From Mizuhopecten yessoensis (lineage: Eukaryota), in NCBI RefSeq assembly GCF_002113885.1, contig NW_018404125.1:946891-1006484 (forward strand): 59,594 bases of DNA, in the 5' to 3' direction. Positions 13,338-27,724 of this stretch are shown in pieces. The position numbers and the translations under genes were made by a program. The notes under the pieces were generated by a model. It ran no database searches. It worked only from the letters and a program-made list of their open reading frames with translations, and was not told the DNA's origin. Positions within the stretch are counted from its first letter, which is position 1. Every line of letters starts with the position of its first letter.

Positions 13338-16300
13338 CTGTTTGAATTTAGAAGAAACTGATAATTTACTAACAGGTTTTAAACCAGCACGAAAAGACAT
13401 TTTGGCACAGACAAATGATAAATCACAATTCTCACACTGTGAAACCTTGGAAAGTTCCTGCACAATATTACACTTCACGTGGAGTTATCCAGGTTCTGTA
13501 GAACACTATTTATTGTCTTAATCCTTTTTTGTAGTATTTGGAAATATTTCACAAGTTTAAACACAAACTTTATCCGCTTTCTAACAAATTTATCCAAGGT
13601 ATGATGATCCTTGCTCAATTCAAGGAGTTAGCAGACGACACATAGAACATGGAATTCTGGGAGTTCTACAGCCACCATCGAAAAACCAGGAAACCAAGTG
13701 GAGGAAACAACAGGAAAAAAGTTAACTGGTATGGCACACGAAAAGAGTAGTATTCTAATTCCTAGCTGTGATGAGTTGCTACCTACACAAACATTGGGGA
13801 GGGCTCATTTGGGGTAGAGCCAGGGACAGCTAACAACCTGGTATGTCAATAGTATAGCAAGTAGTCTAGGTAGGCCAGGGAGAGCCAACAGTAGGCTATA
13901 TCAGCGATACCATATACACTGTGGTCACAATGATTTGATTAACGAAGAATTGTTCCCTACTTTATCTTTCATTTACCGACTAATCACAGGTGGGTTTTGC
14001 TAAATATTTAATTTACTGCTTTTGGACTTCTGTTTTCCCTATAGACTTGGAAAGGCATCCATAATTAGTGATGTACTAGAGAGATACAAAAAGTACTTAT
14101 TTGTGTATATTTTTGTCTGATTCAAAGGAAAATATTTGAAGAAATTGTTTTCTCAATAATTCTGACAAAGATCTCCCTTTTGGAACCTCAATTTGAAGCC
14201 CACAACAACCTAACCAATCAGACTATGCATTGGGTTACTAAGGTGAGTACCTCTCTACATCAAGGAGCCAAAACCTGCCTCTGTATCAATCTAAGGGGAA
14301 ACACAGGTAGTGACAGTGCACGTGTGCCTCAACACAAACCCTCTATCATCTGAGAACCTGTTCGTTAGTATCCCCTCCTTATAATACTGGAGATACCAGT
14401 GCCCACTATACACGTTTTAACTACCGGTAATGATGATGGTAATAAGAATTCTAGATACTCTGTTTTTAATAATTAAGAAGTCAATAGAACCAAGCAGTGA
14501 AATCTTATATTCATCAAACACCTTTATAGCCAAATCTTTTCTGGTTTAAATTTTCAAAATACCAAACAAATGTAGCTTTCGTGTACTATACAAGTCTCCC
14601 TCCTGGTTTATATAACATCAAGTTCCTTTATCTAGATAACGATAAGGTTTGGCCATAGAGCCTAACCTGTATCTTACAGGCTAGATCTAATAGATTCACC
14701 CCCTGGATAATGATCTGTATAAAACTCTTCAATGATGAAAGGATAACAGATATATCCAGATCAGTTACATAGATTCCCAATTTATTGCTCTGTAACGTTT
14801 TAGCAGCAGGTATCTATATAAGCCCTTTTATGTCGAGGAAATTTCTATCAAGACAGTTTTTTTGGTTCTGGCTGTACGATTATCAAGTAATAACATTTCT
14901 CAGTGTACTGCCAGAATTGCTGTATTATAAAGGAGACGGATCTGATTCAATTAGAACCAGATCTATAAATAGAACACTGCATAACTGTTAACAGTGTACA
15001 TCTGTGTTGAATGGTAAATTATACAATGACATGAAATTGACATATAGTCGTGGAATTTAAATTGCTAATAACGATAAAGTGTCTGTGATGTTGTCTATAA
15101 CACTTTCAGATTTGACTCAAGTTTTATCCATATTTAGGCTGATGGTAATTTGAAACCACCATCAAATTGTCTCCCCTTAACACCTACACTTTGGCCTGCT
15201 ATGGTTGTCTACCCTTTTATTTGCTTACTAGATCGCTTTATGATGAACATTAATCTGTTTTGTTATACAACATGTTTGTGTATTTTGTATGACTTCTTCA
15301 ATAGTTAAATTTCATCATTAATTGCCAAGATGATTTATCCAAATATTTTTTTTAGGTGTGGCGAATGAACTCTGCCAAAACCCTGTTGGCCTCCCCAAGT
15401 TTGACATCCTCCCTGTACTTGTGTATGTAGCCTGTCAGACTAACAGCATGACTCCAGACAATGGTAGGTAGAGGTTCAGTACTAGGAGTACCTAAAGTAC
15501 TCGGTACTTGTAGCGACCGACATTTACAGACTAACTTCCTTCCCCTTCGTGTTTGAGCAACAACAGCAGCCAGCAGGTTTGTTTCTATGTACATGTACTT
15601 AATGTTGTAATCTAAATGTAGATCTATACATATGTAGCTAAGAATTTCCAGTTGTGAATTCGTTCTGTTGTTTGTTTATAATAGCTATTCATGTGTATCT
15701 TGTTATTAAGAATACTGCCCATTCTTTACATACATGGATTTATATCCATTGTCTGAAGATTAGTTTTCTTTTCCTTGATACTTCATTAGAAAATGTTTTT
15801 TTACAGCAGTTTTCTGCAGAACTTTTAACTTTAAATTGTTGTCAAATTAACATATATTTTTTTATTTTAGAAATGACCAGAAATTGTACTTTTTAGTCTA
15901 AAATAATTCAATCTAATGCCAACTAATGAAACAATCACTCTACTGCTGAATTAACAGAATTGTTACTAAACTTATATTGGTGTTTGACTGTTTATCATTT
16001 TAAAGCAAAGACATCTGTTACATCTATCTGACAGATTTAAACTGAGGTATAGCAGTTAATAGGTTCTATTCTATATGGCGTGTTAGTAGGACTCCCGACC
16101 AATTAGCAATGTGATGATAATGATATAAATTGAGCTTATAAAACTTTGTTGAATACAACAAATAAAATTAATTAACTTTCAAATATTAGAACTTAGATAA
16201 TATTTGTCGCAATTAATGGTGTTTATTTTCTGTGTACCGGTATTTCAATTTGTAAATTGAATTATTTTGCCTCCAGTCCATAAAACACTGCAGTGATCAC

Positions 16301-16456
16301 TGTCTTCTTCCTAACTGTAGGTAATTATTGAAGTAGTGAGTATACTGCAGGAAACTGAAGTTTTACAAAATTATTTGTGTAAAATAATGTGCAGAAATTT
16401 TCAAAGGTACAAACTCTCTGAAACAATTAAGCAAAAGAAACAAAGCTCAAATGTAT

Positions 16457-17634
16457 TCATGTGTATGTATCATAAGTAACACTGTCATGTGTATGTATCA
16501 TAATTAACACTGGCATGTGTTTGTATCATAAGTAACACTGGCATGTGTTTGTATCATAAGTAACACTGTCATGTGTATGTATCATAAGTAATACTGTCAT
16601 GTGTATGTATCATAAGTAACACTGTCAAGTGTTTGTATCATAAGTAACACTGGCATGTGTTTGTATCATAAGTAACACTGGCATGTGTTTGTATCATAAG
16701 TAACACTGTCATGTGTATGTATCATAATTAACACTGGCATGTGTTTGTATCATAAGTAACACTGTCATGTGTATGTATCATAAGTAACGCTGTCATGCGT
16801 ATGTATCATAAGTAACACTGTCATGTGTATGTATCATAATTAACACTGGCATGTGTTTGTATCATAAGTAACACTGGCATGTGTTTGTATCATAAGTAAC
16901 ACTGTCATGTGTATGTATCATAAGTAATACTGTCATGTGTATGTATCATAAGTAACACTGTCGTGGGTATGTATCATAAGTAACACTGTCGTGTGTATGT
17001 ATCATAAGAAACACTGCCATGTGTATGTATCATAAGTAACACTGTCGTGCGTATGTATCATAAGTAACACTGCCATGTGTATGTATCATAAGTAACATTG
17101 TCGTGTGTATGTATCATAAGTAACACTGCCATGTGTATGTATCATAAGTAACACTGTCGTGTATATGTATCATAAGTAACACTGTCATGTGTATGTAACA
17201 TACGTAACACTGTCATGTGTATGTATCATAAGTAACGCTGTCATGTGTATGTATCATAAGTAACACTGCCATGTGTATGTATCATAAGTAACACTGTCAT
17301 GTGTTTGTATCATAAGTAACACTGGCATGTGTTTGTATCATAAGTAACACTGTCATGTGTATGTATCATAAGTAACGCTGTCATGCGTATGTATCATAAG
17401 TAACACTGTCGTGTGTATGTATCATAAGTAACACTGTCGTGTGGATGTATCATAAGTAACACTGTCATGTGTATGTATCATAAGTAATACTGTCATGTGT
17501 ATGTATCATAAGTAACACTGTCGTGTGGATGTATCATAAGTAACACTGTCATGTGTATGTAACATACGTAACACTGTCATGTGTATGTATCATAAGTAAC
17601 ACTGTCATGTGTATGTATCATAAGTAACACTGTC
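16457..17634. repeat. 28-bp minisatellite, ~42 copies
   Basis: Unit gtgtatgtatcataagtaacactgtcat. Confidence 0.97.
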
Positions 17635-18825
17635 TCGGCAGCTCAGATCACAGGTTGTTTTGGATAACTACAGAAATAATTGATCATTTCTATATATGTA
17701 CAGACTAACATTATTTTGTTTATATCTAAACATGGCAGTAGAATTCTATAGAAAAATACACAGAAAAGTAAGCGACTTTTTCAAATGTTGTTTTCATGTG
17801 ATAAGAATAGAAATATCAAATATCCTATCACCAATTTCAGAGATGGACAAAGTGAGGTAAAAATCACCAAAACAGACAAATTTTTCAAAAGTAATAAAAA
17901 TGGCATCACCTGAGTTACCTAATTTAGAGAGTAGACTACTGACACTCACCTTCCATTTAGAAAATCTTTAAAAAAAATAAGTTCTAACAATCACTTAGGA
18001 AATACCTATCTCAAATGGTTGTGTTAATTATATATATGTGGGCTTAAAATATGATGCTGGAAAAAATGAGAATATTATATTATCAACTTCTATAATAACA
18101 ATACAACAACTGTAAACAATTTTACAAGTACAATGTATATATAAAATTTCAAAAATGCATTAAAAGAAGAAAACACATAAACTAAAAAATAACAAAACTT
18201 GACAAAATTTTCATTAGTAGAAAAACAATGCAAACAGAGAGCATGGCAGAGTAATCTCCCTTGAGTTGTGGCGGTTGTGGTGTTACTGTGTCTTTGAAAA
18301 ACTGTATGCAATGGAAATCAAATAAAACAAATATGAAGTTCAATATGCGTTGAAGATATTTCCACAAACTGCAAATAAAAAATGAGATACTCATTCTTGT
18401 ATTTGTTTGATGAATAAGAAAACTTTGAACCGAGGACCAAGTTATCTCTTGTAGCTTTGTGATCAAAGATCACAGAATCATCCTGGAACAGGAGGGTAAA
18501 AGATATCTATAATTAAAATGGTCATCCATACAAACAATTTTTCAAGGCACATAACACAGGATATGTAAAACTAAAAAACAAACAATGCAATACAAATAAA
18601 CAACCAAACCAAGACACATAACAAGTGACAAAAACAATGTCAACCCATGTATAACCATGCACCATATTACTAGCATTTATTTTTATATTATTATACAGCA
18701 TATGCAGAAAATATACAATATTAAGTTATGCATTATTATATAATGAGATATAGTATAGATATGGATATGAAGTATAACATGAATTATATTGATATAGTGT
18801 ACATGGAATGACACATTAACATAAT

Positions 18826-18986
18826 AACTATAAAATACCACTAGTTGTAACTATCAAATACCACTGGTTGTAACTATCAAATACCACTAGTTGTAACTAT
18901 CAAATACCACTAGTTGTAAATATAAAATACCACTGGTTGATAACTATCAAATACAATTGGTTGATAACTATCAAATACAATTGGTT
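18826..18986. repeat. ~23-bp minisatellite, ~7 copies
   Basis: Unit ctagttgtaactatcaaatacca. Confidence 0.9.
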
Positions 18987-19691
18987 ATACATTTTATCTA
19001 AATGGATCTGGAGATGTGGATATCTTATTCAAGAACAGTTATATTGTGAATTGAAAACAGTGATGTTGACTGTAACAGGGTCATGCAGTTAAAGGGAGGT
19101 AACTCTTTGGTTTCTTTTATCATTTTATGAGATCACAGAAACTAGCAAAGACAGTTTAAGGTTAAGTAAAACCTGTGTACTTTTACTATCTGGGAGCTGT
19201 TATCAGCCTAGGAACGACCGTGGCCTGAACGTTTCAGTGATAAATGGAGATAATGCTTAAATCTTATTTCAAGGTGTTTTTTATGTTCGACTTCCTTTTC
19301 AAATCTTTATCTATTGTTGATCAAAAAAAATCCATAAAAAAATATCAGCTCACAAAAGGAAAAGCAATATGATTAATTCTAATTTTGTTTCTTTAGCTAA
19401 TATTTAGTTATTATGTTAGGTTATTACCCAATTTTTTTCTGCAATGACAAAGCAGCAAAATTATCAACATTTTAAGCTTTGAATTTTACAGCCTTTCCCA
19501 GACAGCTTTTATTAGCGAAAATTTCCTGAATACAAAAAATACGTTACACGTAATAAACACAGAAGAGGAAATTATTTACATATAAAAACAATACACCATT
19601 GTGAGTACAAAACAGATGGAGTACAGTGAGTATGTGTTATACACATTTTATTTTTATACATAGAGTCCACATCTTTTTAACTCGTACTTAC

Positions 19692-19808
19692 ATCAGAATA
19701 ATTACTCTGGCAATCATCGTTGTCTTCCTCGTAGGAGAAGACAGACATGGGCGGAGATTGCGGTGAAGTTGGAGAGAGACAGATAAAAGATGTGGACTTA
19801 TATGTTAC
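19692..19808 (-). CDS. Candidate 117-nt phase 0/0 exon VTYKSTSFICLSPTSPQSPPMSVFSYEEDNDDCQSNYSD
   Basis: Long AG-free pyrimidine-rich tract, then cacacag|GTA; GAT|gtaagt donor; open frame with SP/acidic composition; GC/CpG higher than flanks. Confidence 0.55.
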
Positions 19809-20751
19809 CTGTGTGGCCATTGGATCAGTTGAATACGAAGACGAAGACAATGAACAGGTAAAAAATAAACAAATCAATCAATAGGTATATATGCCACTTT
19901 GTAGAAATAATCTAAAAAAGATATTTTACTGTATAAAAACAATGGAGGTTTTATTCACGAAATATAAAGTTGATGGATTGGATATAATTCTGTTTTTCAG
20001 AGTCAAGCTACAAATCTGTAAGAACATTCATAGCATGGTAAGGTTTATGACATTCTGCTGTCAGATAGGTAATGATTAAAATATACATCCTGTTCTTGTT
20101 ATTTCAATCTTAAATCCTGTATTTTATTTTGTATATATGATACACTTATAGAGTCGCGGAGTACACTTTCAAATCTCACTTCTATTGTACAATGGTATCA
20201 TGTATAATATGAAGGCATTTTATAAAGACGCAAATCAAAAAATTGTTTATAGAGTTAATCTGATACATGCAGGCATTGAAAAATACTACAAGTTACATAC
20301 ATTAGAATCAGCAAAAATAATGCATATAAATAACATTTCAGCATAACCCAGATCACGTGTCACAGGCTTCTGTTTCAATCTAGAAGATTTGTATTACAGC
20401 AGTTCCCACAATGTCCCCAGATTATATCTGTATTCACCCTTTTTTTACAATAAACAATAGTTTTATGATTTAACAATGTGGCATTCAAAACTTAAGGGGT
20501 CTCCATAGCATGTCTGGTGATTTAAATGTACTGTCAGTGACAGGAACATCTCCCGTCCCGTCCCGTTCCGTCCCCCCCCNCCCCCCGCCCCCTCTTTCCT
20601 CCCCTCACCCAGCCTCCCATTCATATCACTCCTCAATTTATTTTACTATTCCAAACTATTTACATATCAGAAGGAGATAAGTACAAGTTGTATATATTGC
20701 CCTGAACAGGTCAGCAGAATCAGTTCTGTTGTCACAGACACAGATACTTAC

Positions 20752-21207
20752 CATTGATACAGGACTATCAACATCCTCTGTTGTATCATTACCCTTGTCA
20801 TTCTCTTCATCCTCCATGTTTTGAGTCATGTGATCATATTTATCACTTCCCTCCATGTTTTGAGTCATGTGATCATTATTATCAGCATCTTCCATGTTTT
20901 CAGTCATGTGATCATATTTATCACTTCCCTCCATGTTTTCAGTCATGTGACTATAATAATCCTCCATATATTTTGAGTTTTGATCCTGCGCTGTGTCATC
21001 ATTTGAGTCAGTTGTATCTATGAGATTTGATTGAGTATTGAAATCTAAGCTGCCATTATCTATGCAGTCACCTGCCTGTTTTGCACCATCCACTTCCCCT
21101 TCTGATTCCTCATAAGGTGACAAGCTCTCAGTAACTTGGACACACTTGAGATCCTCGGAGAATGAACTTTCTAACCGAGCCAATTTCAACAGACAATATA
21201 TTTTTTT
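20752..21207 (-). CDS. Candidate acidic exon with 13-aa repeats (DHMTENMEGSDKY); 5' boundary uncertain
   Basis: Open D/E-rich frame ending ATG|gtaagt in phase 0. 5' end is either a weak tttag| acceptor at 21208 or a frameshifted extension to ATG 21289. Confidence 0.55.
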
Positions 21208-23718
21208 CTAAATCTGAATCAAGTTCTTCCTCGATGACACCTATATTGTGGTGTCCATTTGTTGTCATTTTGCTACAAATGTCTGACATATATTGACAAG
21301 TGTACTGTTTGGTTGACACTTCAGCATAACATAATTCCAACCATGTCAGGACTCAGGTCGTAATCCTTACAATAATCGTACCCGTCTAACAGACCTGACT
21401 TGGCTTAACGTCCTTGTGCTATGTCAGCCAGGGATTTAAGGCAGTGTTTATGTTTATGTTTTTCACTCTATAAAGTACTGTGTATTGTGGTAGAGGTAGG
21501 CAAGACGGCCCTTTAATGCTTCACAATGTTTGATCAATGAACTGTACACGATCTGTCTCCCTGCCGATTTTATCCTCCTTTGTTCTAAATACACAAAACA
21601 GTATGAAGTTATGTTAATATCAAATAACCTTTGTAAGGTTTACATCACACTAAAGTTTAATTATTTATGACACAGAAATTCATTTTTCATATAAATCATG
21701 TTAGGGATTTTTCCCTTCAGTATCTCAATATTTTTTCATAATTTTTTCATTTTTCAACCCCAACAACCTGAACAAGGAACAGTTTGACTTTTGACCTTAT
21801 GCTGACCTTGAGGACCAGTTACTCATAGACACAACAATGGCTGTACTCTATCAGACCAGGAACTTCAAACACTAGGACAGCAACTATTAAGTCTTGTTAG
21901 CTAGTTAGTTTTCTCAATCTGACAAATCTCATGACACAAGTTAAGTCTGCCACTAAAAAGTCTGATTAGCTTCCAAAAGCTGACTAATCTCACAAAAACT
22001 GGGATGTCAGCTACCAACAAGCAGTAGCAGTACAAAGTCTGGTTAGCTTTCTCAAGCTGACTTATCTCATAAAAGCAATATATGTCTATATACTTGGCCC
22101 TAGGGAGTAGCAATATAACCTATACCTATACTTAGCCCTAGGGAGATGGTACAAAACAAATTGAGTGATTATGAACAGGTGTGATAGAAGTATTACAGGT
22201 GAACATCCATCACAGCCTTTCAGTTATAGACCCATACACATGTATGTACACTACACATACCAGTAGTCTGTTAATGGGTAGAGTCTACCCATTCAAGATA
22301 TATGGTTTTATCTGACATGTTTAAGATTGACTTTTTTTCAACCCTTTAATAGAAAATTGGTGGGGAAAAAACTTCAACTGCCTCAGATAAATCTGACCGC
22401 TGTATCTTTTTTACAAACTTCTTGACATTTTGTTAGACTTAACAAAATCCTACATTCTTATATAATTTTCCAACTGACACTTTCTAAAAGTAGCTATCTC
22501 CCCATGATCAAGTCTTCAAAATTAATTTATTGCCTCCCTTGTTAAATTATCATCCTAACCTAACAAAAGGGTAACTAAAAACCTTTACAAATGCACGAGA
22601 AACTGTAAAATATACTTAAAAACTTTTCATAAAGATTACAATTTCAAAGAAAAGGAAATGATCTAGTTCAGGATAGGAAATTTGATGACATTAATGATTT
22701 CATAGGGAAAAATAGGAAAGATGCTTTTACTTTATATAGTTTTAAGTTCTTTTTGTCTGAGCAATTTCATACTTCAGTCCATGCAGAAACCTATAAAAAC
22801 CAGTATACAACTATATGTCTGTTCCGTCCTAGTAAGACTGTGTTGTGTTATATAGTTCAGATTATGGCTCTAAATATTTGAAGGGAAAAATCACCAGACA
22901 CACCACTTAGCAATACTTCAAACTTCAGTGGTGTATGGATTATTCCCTGAAGAAACATCCTCCTTTCACAAATACTTGGGATTAACAAATGGCAGAAGTA
23001 AGCAAGAACATTCCTGAAATTCCTTACAGAAACAGAGCTCACATTCAAATCTGAAAACAATTACCTTGTTATCCAACTTTGATACAGTTCCATGTAACTT
23101 AGCTGTTAGATCAAACACAGACAGCAAAGTTAACTGCTGACCTTTAACAGTGAAATCACCATAAAAACACATGTAGATCACAGTGAGCAGCATACGATGA
23201 CATATATAGATATCTTCAAATTCTGCCTGAAAAGTTCCTCAATATCTGCATCCATATATCTATAGTGTCAATAGCTCCAAAGTCTATCTTTCGAAAATGT
23301 TTCCTGAATCAATACTAACAATAATAAAGTCCACAACCAATTCTATAAATGTATCTAATGCATATCTAACCAAACACTAACACTTCAAGGTAATTCCTGG
23401 TAGAGTATTCTCCCCTGGTTTTTTATACCCCTACACCAGTCCATCAGAGAGGAAAAAGTTCATATATGCTGCTGACAATTCAAGTAGCTGTTCTAGATGG
23501 ATTGATATGTAGTTAGTGTAACACTAGGGTGTACATCAGTCATCACTGACAAGTCTGCTGAATTGGAGGAGGCATCACATCAATTACCAGGTATTTCACA
23601 CTACAAATGTGAATAAATATTGTAGAATACATGTAAACCCAATATGTCATGCCTCAACTTTTAGCTAAACTTCATCAACCCAATAAGGCTTCATCAACCC
23701 AATAAGGCTGGATATGAT

Positions 23719-24960
23719 ACAAGAGGCCCAATGGGCCTGCATCGCTCACCTGGTATTAATCTCACACTTATAATCTTAAAAGTGGACTAAAATACAGCTA
23801 CAGGCAGAATATCAGTGTGACCTTGAATGACAATCAATGACATTAGGTTGAAAGTGGGTCAAGGTCATTCATTTGAACAAATTTGGTAGCCCTGATTGCT
23901 ACAGGCCAAATATCAGTAGCCTGGGCCTTTTGGTTATTGAGAAGAAGTTGTTTGAAGATTTTAAGACATTTGACGCCTGTGATCTTGATAGTGGGTCAAG
24001 TTGATTCATTTGATTCATTTGAACAAACTTGGTAGACCTTCATCCCAGCATGCTTCTGGCGAAATATCATCACCCTGGGCATTTTGGTTATTCAAAAGAA
24101 ATTGTTTAAAGGTTTTAAACATATTTGACCCCTATGACCTTGAAAATGGATGAAGGTCATTTATTTGAACAACTTGGTAGCTCTTCATCCAGCATGCTAC
24201 TGGCCAAATATCATCACCTTAGGCCTCTTGGTTATTCAGAAGAAGTTGTTTAAATAATTTTAAACATATTTGACCCCTGTGACCTTGAATATAAGTCAAG
24301 GTCATTTATTTGAACAAACTTGGTAGCCCTTTATCCCAGCATGTTACTGGCCAAATTTAGGCACCCTAGGCCTCTTGGTTATTCAGAAGAAGTCGTTTAA
24401 AGGTTTTAAACATATTTGACCCCTGTGACCTTGAATATAAATCAAGGTCATTTATTTAAACAAACTTGGTAGACCTTCATCCCAGCATGTTACTGACCAA
24501 ATTTAAGCACCCTAGGCCAATTGGTTATTCAGAAGAAGTTGTTTAAATGTTTTAAACATATTTGACCCCTGCGACCTAGAATATATGGATGAAGGTCATT
24601 TATTTGAACAAACTTGGTAGCCCTTTATCCCAGCATGTTACAGGCCAAATATCATCACCCTAGGCCTCTTGGTCATTCAGAAGAAGTTGTTTAAAGAATT
24701 CAACATATTTGATCCCTGTGACCTTGAAAATGGATGAAGTTCATTTATTTGAACAAACTTGGTAGCCCTTCATCCCAGCATGCTTCTGGCCAAATATCAT
24801 CACCCTAGGCCTTTTGGTTACTGAGAAGAAGTTAAGTTGTTTAAAGTAAAATGTCGACGACGGACGGATGCCGGACGCACGACGCCGGACGCACGACGCA
24901 CGACGGACGCCACACCATGCCATAAGCTCACTTGGCCCTTCGGGCCAGGTGAGCTAAAAA
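23719..24960 (-). mobile_element. Non-autonomous Helentron-associated element (HINE/DINE-1/pearl-like) with ~7 x ~146-bp internal tandem repeats
   Basis: Minus strand order: TTTTT, hairpin agctcacctggcccgaagggccaagtgagct, CGTC/GTCC-type microsatellite (24856-24909), ~146-bp repeats (tttgacccc-like anchor at 24124, 24269, 24415, 24561, 24708), inverted subTIR ccaggtgagc, terminal stem-loop aggcccattgggcct, cttgt. Confidence 0.9.
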
Positions 24961-25805
24961 CGCATATATAGCTTTGATCAACACAACATTCCAGCTTACA
25001 AAAATCATTGACAACACACGCAGACCTGACAGACCATATACGTCATTCTGAAAACACTCATTTCACATCCTTATTGCACACCATACATGTCATTTGAGCA
25101 AAGACATGTTTGATGTCACTACCACAATAATAGAAATGCCTCACCTTCATATGGAAATCAATATTAAAGCTTTGTTTAAAATCCATTAGTTATCGGCCGT
25201 TGACAAACCTCCACTGACCGATATCTATATAGGCCTGTCCTCATACAGAAATGTTTGAAACCGACGCCTCCACTAAGTGCTGATAATATCAGCGTTATTC
25301 GTAAACTTGCTAGATACNCACTTCACTGTAACAGCCCTCCATGCTTGTTACTGCATTGAATCAGGTTTAACAGGCCAATTAAGCTGAACATATTGTCATT
25401 GACAGATTGCATATGTAGTCAGGCAGACATACCTGGGCATGTCATGTCTACTTGTAACTCTCAGCTGTATGTAGAGCGTGTCAGCCCAGCAATACAAAGT
25501 GTATCATTCAAGATGGGTTTGGATTTAAAAACTTTCATCGCATCAAGATGAAAAAATATTTCATCAAAAACATGAGGTAAAGATAGATTTTATTTCTAAT
25601 TTGTGCACTAGTGTGTAAACCTAACAAATAAGTGCATACCTCGACCCTCTGGCATCTCGGCCAACAACACTGGCTACAGGAGGACGTGCAGGTTTGTAAG
25701 GCTAACACATGCAGACACTAAAGTTGACTGTCAACACCAGGGTTTTCCCCCTCTCCGATCATTAACACCTGTCATTATTGTCCTATAGAAATTACAATGA
25801 CATGC

Positions 25806-27724
25806 ACCAGACATACAACTATTACCTGTATATGTATTTTCATACACCCAACTTTTACACGTAAAAGATCAGAAAAACAACTGTCCACTGTAAATACGCT
25901 GTCATACACCAGACATACAACTATTACCTGTGATTATGTTGTCACACCCCAGACATCCAACTATTATTTGTGATTATGTTGTCATACACCGGACATACAA
26001 CTATTACCTGTATATGTATTTTCATACACCCAACTTTTACACGTAAAAGATCAGAAAAACAACTGTCCACTGTAAATACGCTGTCTTCCACCAGACATAC
26101 AACTATTACCTGTGATTATGTCATCATACACCATACATACAATTATTACCTGTGATTATGTCACATACACCAGACATACAACTATTACGTGTGATTATGT
26201 TGTCATACACCAGACATACAACTATTAACTGTGATTGTATCGTCATACACCAGACATACAACTATTACCTGTGATTATGTCATCATACACCAGACATAAA
26301 ACTATTACCTGTGATTGTATCGTCATACACCAGACATACAACTATTAACTGTGATTATGTTGTCATACACTAGACATACAACTATTAACTGTGATTATGT
26401 CATCATACACCAGACATACAACTATTAACTGTGATTATGTCATCATACACCATACATACAATTATTACCTGTGATAATGTTGTCATACACCAGACATACA
26501 ATTATTACCTGTGATTATGTCACATACACCAGACATACAACTATTACCTGTGATTATGTCATCATACACCGGACATACAACTATTACCTGTGATTATGTC
26601 ATCATACACCAGACATACAACTATTACCTGTGATAATGTTGTCATACACAAGACATATACAACTATTAACTGTGATTATGTTGTCCTACACTGGACATAC
26701 AACTATTAACTGTGATTATGTTGTCATACACCAGACATACAACTGTTACCTGTGATTATGTTGTCATACACCAGACATACAACTGTTACCTGTGATTATG
26801 TTGTCATACACCAGACATACAACTATTACCTGTGATTATGTCATCATACACCAGACATACAACTATTACCTGTGATTATGTCATTATAAACCAGACATAC
26901 AACTATTACCTGTGATAATGTCATCATACACCAGACATAAAACTATTACCTGTGATTGTATCGTCATACACCAGACATACAACTATTAACTGTGATTATG
27001 TTGTCATACACTAGACATACAACTATTAACTGTGATAATGTTGTCATACACCAGACATACAACTATTACCTGTGATTATGTCATCACACACCAGACATAC
27101 AACTATTAACTGTGATTATGTTGTCATACACCAGACATACAACTATTACCTGTGATTATGTCATTATACACAAGACATACAACTATTACCTGTGATTATG
27201 CTGTCATACACCATACATACAACTATTACCTGTGATTATGTCGTCATACACCAGACATACAACTATTACCTGTGATTATGTCATTATACACAAGACATAC
27301 AACTATTACCTGTGATTATGCTGTCATACACCAGACATACAACTATTACCTGTGATTATGCTGTCATACACCAGCCATACAACTATTACCTGTGATTATG
27401 CTGTCTTACACCAGACATACAACTAGTCATACACCAGACATACAATTATTACCTGGGATTAAGTCATCATACACCAGACATACAACTATTACCTGTGATT
27501 ATGTTGTCATACACAAGACATACAACTATTAACTGTGATTATGTTGTCATACACAAGACATACAACTATTAACTGATTATATCATCATACACCAGACATA
27601 CAACTATTAACTGATTATGTTGTCATACACAAGACATACAACTATTAACTGATTATGTTGTCATACACCAGACATACAACTATTACCTGTGATTATATCA
27701 TCATACACCAGACATACAACTATT
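25806..27724. repeat. 40-bp minisatellite, ~44 copies, with two long units at the left edge
   Basis: Unit tcatacaccagacatacaactattacctgtgattatgttg. Confidence 0.97.
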
